NCBI RefSeq assembly: GCF_009914755.1
Contig: NC_060935.1
From: the human T2T-CHM13v2.0 reference genome, Homo sapiens
DNA length: 64,000 nt
Reading direction: 5' to 3' (one strand)
Below the pieces are notes generated by a model, which was not told where the DNA came from, searched no databases, and saw only the letters and a program-made list of their open reading frames with translations. The stretch's first letter is position 1. Each line of letters begins with the position of its first letter. Of this stretch, positions 37,723 through 51,159 are shown one piece after another. Both the position numbers and the translations under genes were made by a program.

Positions 37723-39782
37723 CGGGGTTTCGCTGTGTTGGCCAGGCGGTCTCCAGCCCCTAACCGCGAGTGATCCGCCAGCCTTGGCCTCCCGAGGTGC
37801 CGGGATTGCAGACGGAGTCTCGTTCACTCAGTGCTCAATGGTGCCCAGGCTGGAGTGCAGTGGCGTGATCTCAGCTCACTACAACCTACACCTCCCAGCC
37901 GCCTGCCTTGGCCTCCCAAAGTGCCGAGATTGCAGCCTCTGCCCGGCCGCCACCCCGTCTGGGAAGTGAGGAGTGTCTCTGCCTGGCCACCCATCGTCTG
38001 GGATGTGAGGAGCCCCTCTGCCTGGCTGCCCAGACTGGAAAGTGAGGAGCGTCTCCGCCCGGCCGCCATCCCATCTAGGAAGTGAGGAGCGCCTCTTCCC
38101 AGCCGCCATCACATCTAGGAAGTGAGGAGCGTCTCTGCCCGGCCGCCCATCGTCTGAGATGTGGGGAGCACCTCTGCCCCGCCGCCCCATCTGGGATGTG
38201 AGGAGCGCCTCTGCCCGGCCGAGACCCCGTCTGGGAGGTGAGGAGCGTCTCTGCCCGGCCGCCCTATCTGAGAAGTGAGGAGACCCTCTGCCTGGCAACC
38301 ACCCCGTCTGAGAAGTGAGGAGCCCCTCCGCCCGGCAGCTGCCCCGTCTGAGAAGTGAGGAGCCTCTCCGCCCGGCAGCCACCCCATCTGGGAAGTGAGG
38401 AGCGTCTCCGCCCGGCAGCCACCCCGTCCGGGAGGGAGGTGGGGGGGGGTCAGCCCCCCGCCCGGCCAGCCCCCCGCCCGGCCAGCCCCCCGCCCGGCCA
38501 GCCGCCCCATCCGGGAGGGAGGTGGGGGGTCAGCCCCCCCGCCCGGCCAGCCGCCCCGTCCGGGAGGTGAGGGGCGCCTCTGCCCGGCCGCCCCTACTGG
38601 GAAGTGAGGAGCCCCTCAGCCCGGCCAGCCACCCCGTCCGGGAGGGAGATGGGGGGGTCAGCCCCCGCACCCGGCCAGCCGCCCGGTCCGGGAGGGAGGT
38701 GGGGGGGTCAGCCCCCCGCCCGGCCAGCCGCCCCGTCCGGGAGGTGAGGGGCGCCTCTGCCCGGCCGCCCCTACTGGGAAGTGAGGAGCCCCTCAGCCCG
38801 GCCAGCCACCCCGTCCGGGAGGGAGATGGGGGGGTCAGCCCCCCCACCCGGCCAGCCGCCCGGTCCGGGAGGGAGGTGGGGGGGTCAGCCCCCCGCCCGG
38901 CCAGCCGCCCCGTCCGGGAGGTGAGGGGCGCCTCTGCCCGGCCGCCCCTACTGGGAAGTGAGGAGCCCCTCTGCCCGGCCAGCCGCCCCGTCCGGGAGGG
39001 AGGTGGGGGGGGTCAGCCCCCCCGCCTGGCCAGCCGCCCCGTCCGGGAGGTGAGGGGCGCCTCTGCCCGGCCGCCCCTACTGGGAAGTGAGGAGCCCCTC
39101 TGCCCGGCCAGCCGCCCCGACCGGGAGGGAGGTGGGGGGGTCAGCCCCCTGCCCGGCCAGCCGCCCCGTCCGGGAGGTGAGGGGCGCCTCTGCCCGGCCG
39201 CCCCTACTGGGAAGTGAGGAGCCCCTCTGCCCGGCCACCACCCGGTCTGGGAGGTGTGCCCAACAGCTCATTGAGAACGGGCCAGGATGACAATGGCGGC
39301 TTTGTGGAATAGAAAGGCGGGAAAGGTGGGGAAAAGATTGAGAAATCGGATGGTTGCCGTGTCTGTGTAGAAAGAAGTAGACATGGGAGACTTTTCATTT
39401 TGTTCTGCACTAAGAAAAATTCTTCTGCCTTGGGATCCTGTTGATCTGTGACCTTACCCCCAACCCTGTGCTCTCTGAAACATGTGCTGTGTCCACTCAG
39501 GGTTAAATGGATTAAGGGCGGTGCAAGATGTGCTTTGTTAAACAGATGCTTGAAGGCAGCATGCTCCTTAAGAGTCATCACCAATCCCTAATCTCAAGTA
39601 ATCAGGGACACAAACACTGCGGAAGGCCGCAGGGTCCTCTGCCTAGGAAAACCAGAGACCTTTGTTCACTTGTTTATCTGCTGACCTTCCCTCCACTATT
39701 GTCCCATGACCCTGCCAAATCCCCCTCTGTGAGAAACACCCAAGAATTATCAATAAAAAAATAAATTTAAAAAAAAAAAAAA
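37723..39782 (+). mobile_element. SVA retrotransposon (SVA_F-like), 5'-truncated in the Alu-like domain
   Basis: Alu-like domain (~37723-37935), GC-rich VNTR (~37936-39255), SINE-R (~39256-39750), AATAAA at 39752 and poly(A). Perfect TSD AAAACAGATCTCC at 37710-37722 and 39783-39795. No CCCTCT hexamer head. Confidence 0.97.
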
Positions 39783-41999
39783 AAAACAGATCTCCATTTT
39801 ATAGATGAAAAAATGTTGCATTTTACAGATGCAACATCCCTACAACATAGGCATTTTTATCCCCATTTTACAGGTGATTAATACAGAAATGAATTAAGCA
39901 ACTTGCTAAGGACAGTGAGTGAATTCAGCACTTTGGAATCTATGTTTTTGAATGAGCAAGTGATTGAGAAAAGGAAGAAATTAAAAAAAATGAACCAAAT
40001 CTCTTCCAGTAAGAAAAGTAGTTGATGAAAGCATATTTTCAAAGCATAGAAAATTTATTTGTAGTGAATTTGAAGACTCTCTGGACCCCTATTCTTCACT
40101 TCAACCAAACCTATTCCTTAGAGATGATTCTTGCAACTCATACCAGATTTTCTACATCAGAATTCTAGGAGTGAAACACCAGTTTATTATTTTTAATGAA
40201 CAGAGTAGGTGATTCTTATGCTCTATATAATTTGAGATCCATTAATCTAATCATTTTGTTTCTTATTCTTTTTATTTTTTCCTACACTTCTTTCCCCCAT
40301 GCAGCTTGATTCCACTTCCCTGTTTACATGACTTGGAAGAAATACTTTATTATATTAAAAGATCTCTTGCCACTACACGTATTCAACATTTTGTCCATTC
40401 TCCTTTAGTTACATCATTTTACAAAAAGTTGAATCAATATCACCAGCCATGTCTTGTTCCTATGCCTGATCTCATAGATGTCATTACATTAATCATCAGT
40501 TGGAAGAGTGGACCCTATTAGTAAGCTGTGGTCACCAACTTACCTGTATTCTCAGAAATATTGTATGCATTCTTAATCTATTCTCTTCCACTGTTTATAA
40601 ATTTTAATGCAAAATATTTTCCATTCTCTATAAGCCTTCTCTGTCTTTACCAGCCTATTTTTTTCCTCTGAAAGTTCTATGCTTGATCACGAACCTGAAA
40701 CTCAGCCCACATTGCTCCCTCTGCCTGGAGTGCCCAGCTCTGCCCTTACTTTCGTAGATCATATCTACCTAAATTTTGTATTCATTTTAAATATTTCCTC
40801 CATGTGAAATATTTCCTGACATCTTCAGGTAGACTTAACTTCTTTGTTCTTTGAACTCCCATTAAGATTTCTATCATAACACCATATTTATCATCCAACC
40901 TGGGGCACTTTAGAAAGTGAAAGTATGCTAGCAAAAATTACATTAATCCCATAAGTTTAAATTGGAATTGTCCTGAGAAAATTGGAATGTGTGGTTCCTT
41001 TATTTGTAACTTTTATGTATGTGTTTACACGACTATCTTCTCCTATTAAGATTGGCATTGATAGTTGCCATATTTACCATTTTACCTCCAATTTCTAGCA
41101 TACTTCCTGGTTGGTTGAGTGATGAGTAAATGCACATTGAGCTCATAACAAGCATCAAAAGGAAAAATAAATTACAGGGGTCTAGGCTCACTGTGGATCA
41201 GGTTGGTGAGGTTTTGTTTTTGTTTTTCTTTTTTGCAGTTCCTATTCTGTTCATCCACTTTCTCGCCCTTTCCCTCTACTTTGGCATAGTACACATTCTG
41301 CTCATTCTTTCTCATTCTGTTTTGTTATTTGCTCTTGGGCTTAGATCAGGAGTTGAAAAAGATATAACCAGAGATAACTCATAAATGTCAAATAAAAATG
41401 TTTTCTCTTGAGGGATTTTATAACATTGAGTATTTTCTTACTTTTGTTCTCCTTTGCCAAGTATTTTGGAAGATCAAAGATGTTTTCCTCAAAATTGCTT
41501 TACCTAAACGTCTTTGTTGCTTCAGTTGCTTTAAAGTAAAATTGTCTAAAATCTGCTATTGATCTTGGTCTCCTAATGCATTGACAGTCATGTCAAGCTC
41601 AGTGAATAATTATGAAATAACTTTAATTGCTGACTTTTTTCCCCTCTCTTTTCATGCTATGGTACCTTCCTCCATTCACCCATTTGGCATGCGTTGAGTG
41701 CCCACTGAAGGTAGGAGGCTGTTATAGGTGCCAGGGATTCAGAGAGGAATGAGACATTGGCCTTGCCCTCAATTATTACAATCAAGCAAGTAGCTGCTCC
41801 TGATGGTTTAAGCCACTCACCCCAAAACACTGCTTTAATCTATTTTGGGCCTCACATTTCATGTGTTTCTCCTCCCACCCTCCCCACACATTAAAAACAT
41901 ACCCATCATCTGGACCATTTGTAAAAAATTTCCATAAGCAACAGTAAACTCACGGTAATTACGAAGAATGCATTCATTTAAAGGAAGGTAAGGTACTCT

Positions 42000-42235
42000 G
42001 ACCAAAAGACTATATTAAACAATATAGTAGCTGTCTGGTGATTGGGGGCTAAGAGGAGAGACAGAAGGATGTGATTCCCAAGGGGTACAAGGAAGCTTTT
42101 AGGGATCGTGAATATATTCATTATTGTGATTATGGTGATGTTTTCATAGGCATATACCTAAGTCAAAACATGATAAATTTTACAGTTTAAATACATCTAG
42201 GTTATTGTATGTCAATTTGGCATCAATAAAGCTGT
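42000..42235 (+). mobile_element. L1M 3' end relic
   Basis: AAGGGGTACAAGGAAGCTTTTAGGG...TATTGTATGTCAATT...CAATAAAGCTG. Confidence 0.7.
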
Positions 42236-42239
42236 CAGA

Positions 42240-42680
42240 ATACTGTGGCTTAAATAAGATGGGTGTTTATTTTTCTCTCATATAAAAGTGTGTTTTGTAG
42301 TTTGTCATGGAAGTTCTCCTCCTGAGATCATTCATGGACCCAGATTCATTCCATCTTTTTGATTCTTCATCTCCATAGGGTGTTGTCTTCATGTGCAGTC
42401 AATGTCAGTTATCAGCTATATCTTCTGGCATACTCCATGAGAAGGAGATAAAAACAAACTCCAGAATAAATGAGTGATCTTTAGTCATAGCTGATGTGGA
42501 AGTTGTATTTTCCCTTCTAGTCATATTATTTTTCCCAAATTTAATTACGTAGCCACACCCATCTGTAAAGAAAACTAGCAAATATAGACTCTAACCAGAT
42601 GGTTTGTGTTCAATTAAAACTCCATTAGAAAATCAGAAAATAAGAATATAATTTTGGGAGACAAGTAGCAATCTGCCACA
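42240..42680. mobile_element. Old MLT1-type MaLR LTR relic
   Basis: GTGGCTTAAATAAGAT...GCCACACCCATCTGTAAAG...GCAATCTGCCACA. Confidence 0.6.
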
Positions 42681-43160
42681 GTAACTTTATTTACTGAGTG
42701 CATAATCTGTGCTAGCCCCTGTGATAATTGCTTTATCATATTACCTAATTAGCTCTTTTTAACCCTTCTATGAGAAAGAGGGTATCACTGGCTTTACTTA
42801 ACAGATGTGTAAACCACATTGGGACACGAAGGTTGCATGTTGCATAATTTCATGGTCATTATTCATATAGACTATGTAATGCATTTTGCCCCTGGTGTTG
42901 TGCAATAGTTGGTCTTCACAACTGAGTTCTGTGGCCTTCTCTAGGGCTTAGCAAAATTTATGAACGTTCCTAAATTACTTGCACAACTGGCAAGTGGCAG
43001 AGCTGGGATTACAACCTAGAAGGCTGCAGAGCTTGTGCTCTTAGTAGCCATGCTAAATTGTGTGCTGACATATTAAGCAGTGACAGTGGCTTAATGTGTT
43101 AGCCCTCTCAGGTTAAAAAATTGAGCCTTTATAGAGGAAAACTCTACTCACATGCTAGAT

Positions 43161-43382
43161 CAGTGGTTGGCAATTTTTTTCTATAAAGAACCAGAGAGTA
43201 AATATTTTAGGTTTGTAGCCCATATGGTCTCTGTCACAGATATTCAACTCTACCATTGTAGCATGAAAGCATCCATAGACAATATGTAAATGAATGAGAA
43301 TGGCTGCGTTCCCATGAAATTGTATTTTCAAAACAGGCACTGGGCCAAATTTGGCTCACAGGAAGTATTCTATTGACTCCAG
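43161..43382. mobile_element. MER58A-like hAT-Charlie element
   Basis: CAGTGGTTGGCAA...GTAAATATTTTAGGTTTG...CATAGACAATATGTAAATGAATG. Confidence 0.85.
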
Positions 43383-44463
43383 ATTAGAAAGGAATTTTAA
43401 GCCAATGCAGGGTATATTAGGGCAGGTTGGTATTTTGGGTGTTCCTCATGTACATTGCAAATGACTTTTATCTACATGTGCTGCCATCTGGATTTACTGC
43501 TAACCCATAGGGAAATAGAAGCCATAGGCTGGCATTTGAGCTGCTGCTCTGAGTCATTCTACTTTGTACTCAAAGAGCTTAACTCTTAAATTTTAATTTC
43601 TAGATTTTAAATATTACCATGCAGAAACTGTTTTCTTTCTCTAAATATCAAGAGACTAGTGAAAGAAATTAAAATTCCAAAGAGATTGAGATAATAGAAA
43701 TTACTTTCCTATTTTTTTTAATCAGGTGCCATCCCTTCCCGCATACCCTGCACTCTATATCCTGAATTATTCATCATATCTTCAGCAGACCATGCCCTCT
43801 CATGCTTCCTCCAGGCCTTTGCATTGCCATTTCCTCAAATTAGACTCTTTCTCTCATCTCTTCTTGGTCAATACACAACCATCTTTTAAGGACTAAGGCA
43901 AATAGCACTTCTACTCTGAAGCTTCTATTGCTCACCCTCTTCTTGCCCCTAACAGCAGATTACTTTTCCCTTATCTTCACTTCTATAGAATTTTTAATTT
44001 TATCATTGAGTTAACCATGCATTTGTCTGTCCTCCTGATGAAGGGTTAACATCTTTGAGAAGTAGAAATACGATTGTTCATTTTCATCTCTTTTACACCT
44101 GGGATAGTGCCTGGCATATAATAAAAACAGCCAATGCTGCTGAATAAATGAATGAATAATTTGTACTTAGCAAAGTGCTGTTGTGTATTGGTGACATGGA
44201 TGTAGTCATGATTGATAAATATTTATTAAATAACTTAGTTAAACCACATAGGGGCACAAATGTTGCTTCTATTCTAGATGAGATACCATTCTTTATTAAA
44301 AGGGATTGAAATTTTGAGGATTAATAAATGATATGGTGAGCTCGTCACTTTTCCTTTTTTCAATAAAAATTCTATATAAGGGGTCAATTTGCTTTGCTTT
44401 GCTGTTTAAAACCCATGAGTGGTTACTCATTTCCACTCAGATTAAGAGCCAAACTCTTTAGCA

Positions 44464-44646
44464 CAGTGGTTCTCAACATGGCCGCACATTAGTACCACCT
44501 GGGGAGCTATTGGGAGATGCCCAGGTCATGCATGGGCACCAACTCAGACCAATTAAATCAGGAACTCTGGGAGGGGGATCCAAGCATCAGAATGGTTTGA
44601 TGCTCCCTAGGTAATTACAATAGGCAGCAAAGGCTGAGAACCACTT
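44464..44646. mobile_element. MER5A-like hAT-Charlie element
   Basis: Terminal inverted repeats CAGTGGTTCTCA / TGAGAACCACT, with TAGCA on both flanks. Confidence 0.85.
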
Positions 44647-47600
44647 AGCATAACCTGCAGTTATAGTTCTCACATGTGGTTGTTCCCCATGATAAAAACT
44701 TTAAATTTTAACTCTGATGTATTTGGAAGCAACCTTATCTGCTTGTATCTCACAGGGATCACTGGATACTGCAAGGCAATATAGATGGTAGACGGGCAAG
44801 AGTGGAAGGTAAGTGGACGAGTTAGGTGGCTTTTGATAGAGTAAGTTATAATTGTAACAGTCAATGAATCTAGGAAAAAAACATATTATATACTTAATTC
44901 CCAGTTACCCATATGATTCAGTTAATGAGACAAGGTCACTTTTAGAGCACTACAGTAAATTACAGTTTTATTGTACATATATGTCACATTTGTTATGCTA
45001 TATATTGCTTTTAAATGTTTGAAGGACCAGGTGTCAAAAGCTTTATGTAATTCTGTCTGACTTGCAAACATCTCACATATGTAATCTGAGATAGCCACTG
45101 ACTTGTAAACTTTTATAGTGCATTTTAAAGCATATAAAATGTAATAGGATTTTGAATAATCACTTTCATTTAAAATTTCATAATTAATATGCACACAAAT
45201 TAAAGTTTATTAAGAAGTAAATGCCTAATGAGCAGTGGGGCAAAATAAAGTGTTGCTGAATTAAGAAAGAAGCATTTTTATTACACATTTCATTATATTT
45301 CAGTGCTGTTGTGTGACTTTTGCACTTCAGTGCTTCCATCAGGTCCTCCAAATTCTTAAAAGCCTGCCAAGATGTGTCATGTAGCTGCTTCATGTTCTTC
45401 TGTCCAAACCTAAATGAAGCTTTGTTTAACTGAAATCCCATTATGGGACATTGAATGTACCACCCATTTATTCACCAAGGAAATATCTATTGATCACCTA
45501 CTTTGTGTGCTACATTGTAGTAGGTCCTGCCATTGATAAAATTAGCATAACCTCTTCCTTAATGGAAAATGGAAGCTAAAGGATCTGAAATCTAGTAAAT
45601 TCATGCATTCAACAAACATTTATTGAGCCTCTACAGTATTCAAAGCATTTTTCTAAGAGTTTGGAGACTTGGCATTGAATGTAACATGGGGAAAAAAGAC
45701 TGGTCAAGTGACATGATGACAGAGTGAAAGCAAGTATGTGAATTAGTGGTCTATAAAGTCAAAAGTGTTATGTATCATAAGGCACCAGCAGATTAAGTGC
45801 TATGGGAGAACAGAGAAGGGAGAGATTACATCAACTGGAGAATTGCAAGGAACCAGGGACTTCATGAAGGGCAAGACATTGTATATGGACCCTGAAGCAT
45901 GTGAAAGATTGTGTATTCAAAAATAAGTGAAAATATGTTTCTTTCTAAAGCACTTACATGAGCAAAGGCAAGAAGGTAAAAAAGCACAGAATTAAAGTGT
46001 AACTGTGTATAACTCTAACAAAAATGTGTTACTCAAAATGCAGTTTTTCCTCACGGGCACAGTGCCTTTACTTGATTAATAAGTCCATGGTGAATGACAG
46101 TCTCTTGGAAAGTTTGGCACTTCAAGAAAACGGACTGTGATTACAAAATGGCCATCCTCCAAAACACGATATGTTCAGAATTAAGAAAAGCCTGCTCCAT
46201 CTCTCCCAACTTGTCAATTGATAAGTCTAGGTTTGCTTCATTTTGAGTTGCTTACCATAACCTAATAATTATCTTGCAGTGAGTTGTTTTCCAATTTTGG
46301 ATTCTTGCCCTTCTTTTCATTTTTGACTGTCCTTCAGTATTGCATTTATCCTTTAAGACAAGGCAGTCTTCTATTTGCTTTTGTACTGTATAGTTAGCCC
46401 TACCTGCAGCAGTGAACTGGAGCACTGAATTGGTGTAATTGTGCGGCATTCCACACAGAGCTTATAGCTGGAACATGTTTCACCTCCAGGTAATCATAAT
46501 AGCTACCTTCGCAGTATTTTCTATGTGCCAGGCACTCTATAGCAAACCTGACATCCATGACTTAACATATTTAATCCTCATCTCAGCCAGGTGAAGTAAA
46601 TACTGCTATTTGTTTCATTTTACAAAGAAGAACATTAAGCCTCAGGCAGATTAAATGTCTTTGCCTTAGTCACACAATTATCAAAAGATTAAACTGGACT
46701 CCAAATCTAGGTCCATCAAAAGACAATGCTCAGATCCACGACATTATGCCATGTCTCATAAGACTGAAAACACTATTCAAAGCTCCACTCATTTGACTCA
46801 GTCCATCTTCAGGTTTAGTGCTAATGGTGCCCAGCCTCCCTTATGGAAACAAGACTTTGATGACCTGCCATAGCTGCTCTATCTGGATTCAGCATCTCTT
46901 GAGCAGCAGAATTAAACAGACAGTCTTTAGGGCAATGGACAATTGGGAAGAAGTTTAAAATCTCATCAACAAATTGCTGGCCTGGTTGGGTACAAAGTGC
47001 AATATTCTGGCAAAATTCCACAGCAGCAATTGCATGAAGCTCTGGAACACAGCAATCTCAGCAAGGTGAAACCTGAGGTCTGAGGGAAGGGGCCCATTGT
47101 ACACACCTAGAAACATGACAGCAGTGGACCCCTAGACAAATGACAGGTGGAACAAGTCCATAGATCCATGAAGGAAGAGGTTGTACGATACTAGCACTTT
47201 GCTTTTCTGAGCGTAAAATAACAGTATTGCAAATAGAGGACTGATCAATACTTACAGAGAACACTAATAAGGAGCTATAAGAGGAAAAGAGACTAAGTCA
47301 TGGTGATCATACTAAGAGGAAGACCTTGGCTTGGGATGGAGCATCCTGGGCCAGTGTGCAAAGGAAGGGCATTTGGTGAGCAATTCTGTTTTGCCATTTC
47401 CTCGGGTTCCACTCTGCTGGGTATCATGCAATCAGATTGCTCTATGTGGCAAACTGATTTCAAACAGCCCAGTCAGGGTTCTACCATTTCCAATCAATTT
47501 CTGAAGAAGCTTAAGTGGCTTTAGAGACAATACAGTTAAGGAAAGAAAAGTTATAGAAAACGAAAAAATAAAATGTTTCCTTGGGAACATATTTTAAGAG

Positions 47601-47770
47601 TCTGAGCAGTTAGAATAATCATGAAGACATCAGTATTTCCGTGTGAAAGAGGAATTCAGAGTTAATGAAGGAAATACTGGCCCATGTTTGCACTGCAATT
47701 ATATTTAACTGAGCTAACAACTGTTTACGTATGAGTGCAGTGAGGTCAATCTTAATTTCATGTGAAATTT

Positions 47771-48094
<324 letters not shown>

Positions 48095-49305
48095 TCAAGG
48101 CTGAAGGAAAATAAAGACCTGGTAAAAGTGTTTTGTTTTTAATTCCTAGAAAACAATATTTTACACCCCCAAATTATTTTAATAAAGTATTAATGAATAT
48201 ATAATACCAACATATTCATATTCCATACCTAAATATAGGAAAAATTATGTGTTTAAGGATATAAATGGGTTACCACAAAATGCTGTTATTTTCTAATAGG
48301 ATAATTGAAGACCACTTAAGTAGATAAATTTTTTAGGTAATGACTTGGACTGAAGTCTGATTATTTTTATGACTATCGCTAATGCAATACTATGTTTAAT
48401 ATAAAATAATTATTCTTTGATAACATCTCAATAAGTTCTAGGATGAGGTTATTCACAGGTTATTAGGTCTTCATGCAGGTAAAATTCTGTCATTTTATTC
48501 TTTGTAAGAACACACAGGGTATCTTAAGTGTATTCATTCTAGAAGTATAGAAATTTAGAACTTCAGAGATCTTAGAGAATGATAAAATAGTGAACAAGAC
48601 ACAGATTTGAGCCTCAGGGTTTAAAATATAGTGAAAAATATGGACAAGAAAAGAGAAAAGTCAGCACATGTTTTGGGCATCTAACGTTACTGAGACATCT
48701 AACTGAGTGAATGAGGTAGAGATGAGTATCAGATATATTTCAACATCAATGGGCTAGAAATTAGATTGATTTCGGTAGAAAAATGTGCTACAATTCTGGG
48801 TATGTACTAAATAGGAAAAATCTAGTTATTCATTCATTAATAATGGCTTTATTTTTCTGACCAGCATCTCTCCAATTTGAAGAAGATGGCAAAACGTTGC
48901 CCTTGCATAACATCAGAAGATCCCTAATGTCTGCCTTGAAGAGCTCTCGACAGTAGCAGCAATGAACTACAGGCTAGTGGAAAGATATTAACCTACTACT
49001 TCCTTCTCCCTTCTGATCCTCCTTCTGTATTCTTTCCTATGTTAAATTATTTAGTTTGAGTTTTATCGTAATGAAATGGGGCATGTCAGGGTCATGAAAA
49101 TCCTCAGCAGTTGTAGCATAAACATTGGTGAACCACTGTATTTACAATAATTTGATTCATATTTTCTATATATACATTGCCTATGGAAGGGTATTTGTGC
49201 ATTTTAACTTCTAGCAAATGGGAATTACATATCACATTTGATTACTATTAGATGTGGTAATCAATCCATACATCAGAGAAATATATTCTACTCTCTTAAT
49301 AGTTA

Positions 49306-49703
<398 letters not shown>

Positions 49704-51028
49704 AGCTAGCATGAAAGCAACAATATTGTTTGTTCCATCTGTGTTACTCATAATAACAATGAGAAATACCAGACACCAATAACGCATGCAAAGCTATTTT
49801 GATTTTGCATCCTAATTATTTTTAGTGCTGCATAACTCTTTAATAATGGACAACTGGTATAAAACATTCAAAAGACTCTACCATTGTTTATATTTGGATC
49901 ATAAGCTCTAACAATCTTTGTGTTGGGATTAAACAAGAGAAAATTTATTTCTAAATGGTGTTCCTTTAAAAAAATGATCAAAAGGCATATATGCAAAATG
50001 AGCCCATGTAAGTAGCAGAGAATGTCAAAACATTTTTTTTCCAGGAAGAACAGGCATATATAAATTATTTGGCTGAATAGAAATCTACAAGTTATTATCT
50101 TTTAAGTCAAAGAAGTGAGGAAAAATGCAAAACCAGAGGACAGCACTTCAAATAAATTAATTCAATTTAATTCAAATTATATATTAAATATGTATTATGC
50201 ACTCAGCACTGAGCTCATGTCAACACTTCTCTGTGTCATTTGTTTGGGTGGTTTGGTTTAAAAAGGTCCTACTTCTTCACAGCAGTCTCTCCTGCTTTAC
50301 AAAAGCAGGAAAGATACTGAGAATAATTTATTGTTGAAGTTCATGGAGAAATTCAAAATAACTGTGAACAACTGTATTGAAAAATAGAAAAATATAATAA
50401 TAAAACAAATTAGAATGTTCCCTAGTGATACAGTTTTCTATTGAGGTGAAACTATTGTGGACAGGGTAAATCCACTTAAATATTTCCACATCAAGAAAGC
50501 ACAAGAACTTAAAAGAACTTAAGAGTCTACCACTGAAGCAAAATGACCTGGCATAGATCGTTTTTTCCCCTCATTAGTTAATACATTCTGTTTAATTGGA
50601 GTATCATGCTCTTTGATTTAGGCTGCATTTTGTGCATTAATGGGTATTAAAAATCTCAGGTGAATCTCTTCCAGAACTTAGTAGACACTCAAGAAGATTA
50701 AAAGCCGAATAGGAAGGAATGGGGCACAAAAGCAAGGATAGGGTAAAGAAAAATGGTTCAAGGCAATTGCTCCAGAAGCCTGAGTTTAATTTTATTGGAG
50801 ATATTCCTTTTAGTGTGCTGGGAGCTAGCCTTCATCTAAAGGGCAGTCATTGAATGATGATTGGGCCACTTATTGCTATTTTTCCTTATGAAAGTCTTTT
50901 GCTGAAATTAGGGAAAACATTTGCTTTTCACAAGAGAGGTATGTTATTTCTTGAAACCTTTGCAGAAATAAAACATAAGTAGCCTGACATTAACAAACGG
51001 AGTTTCTTTCCTCTCTGAGCTTCTGCTT

Positions 51029-51159
51029 TACCATGGATGCCTTTAAAAATGGGCCCATGTTTTTAAATAAAACACACTCATTTTCTAGTATACCATGAAC
51101 ACCTTTAAAAATGGGCCAATGTTTTTAAATAACACACACACACACACACATTTTCTTGT
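51029..51159. repeat. ~62-bp tandem duplication, second copy with an expanded (AC)n
   Basis: TACCATG...CCTTTAAAAATGGGCC.ATGTTTTTAAATAA occurs twice in tandem. Confidence 0.95.

Noticed and set aside
37936-39255. Regularly spaced repeats superficially like a CRISPR array
   Set aside because: The units are SVA VNTR monomers without unique spacers, in a mammalian context with no cas genes.
37784-39764. Many long ORFs, up to 231 aa
   Set aside because: All are translations of SVA VNTR, Alu-like or SINE-R sequence.
45184-45441. 85-aa ORF with a helical-looking stretch (AFKNLEDLMEALK)
   Set aside because: No recognisable homology or exon context, and its length is within chance for 64 kb.
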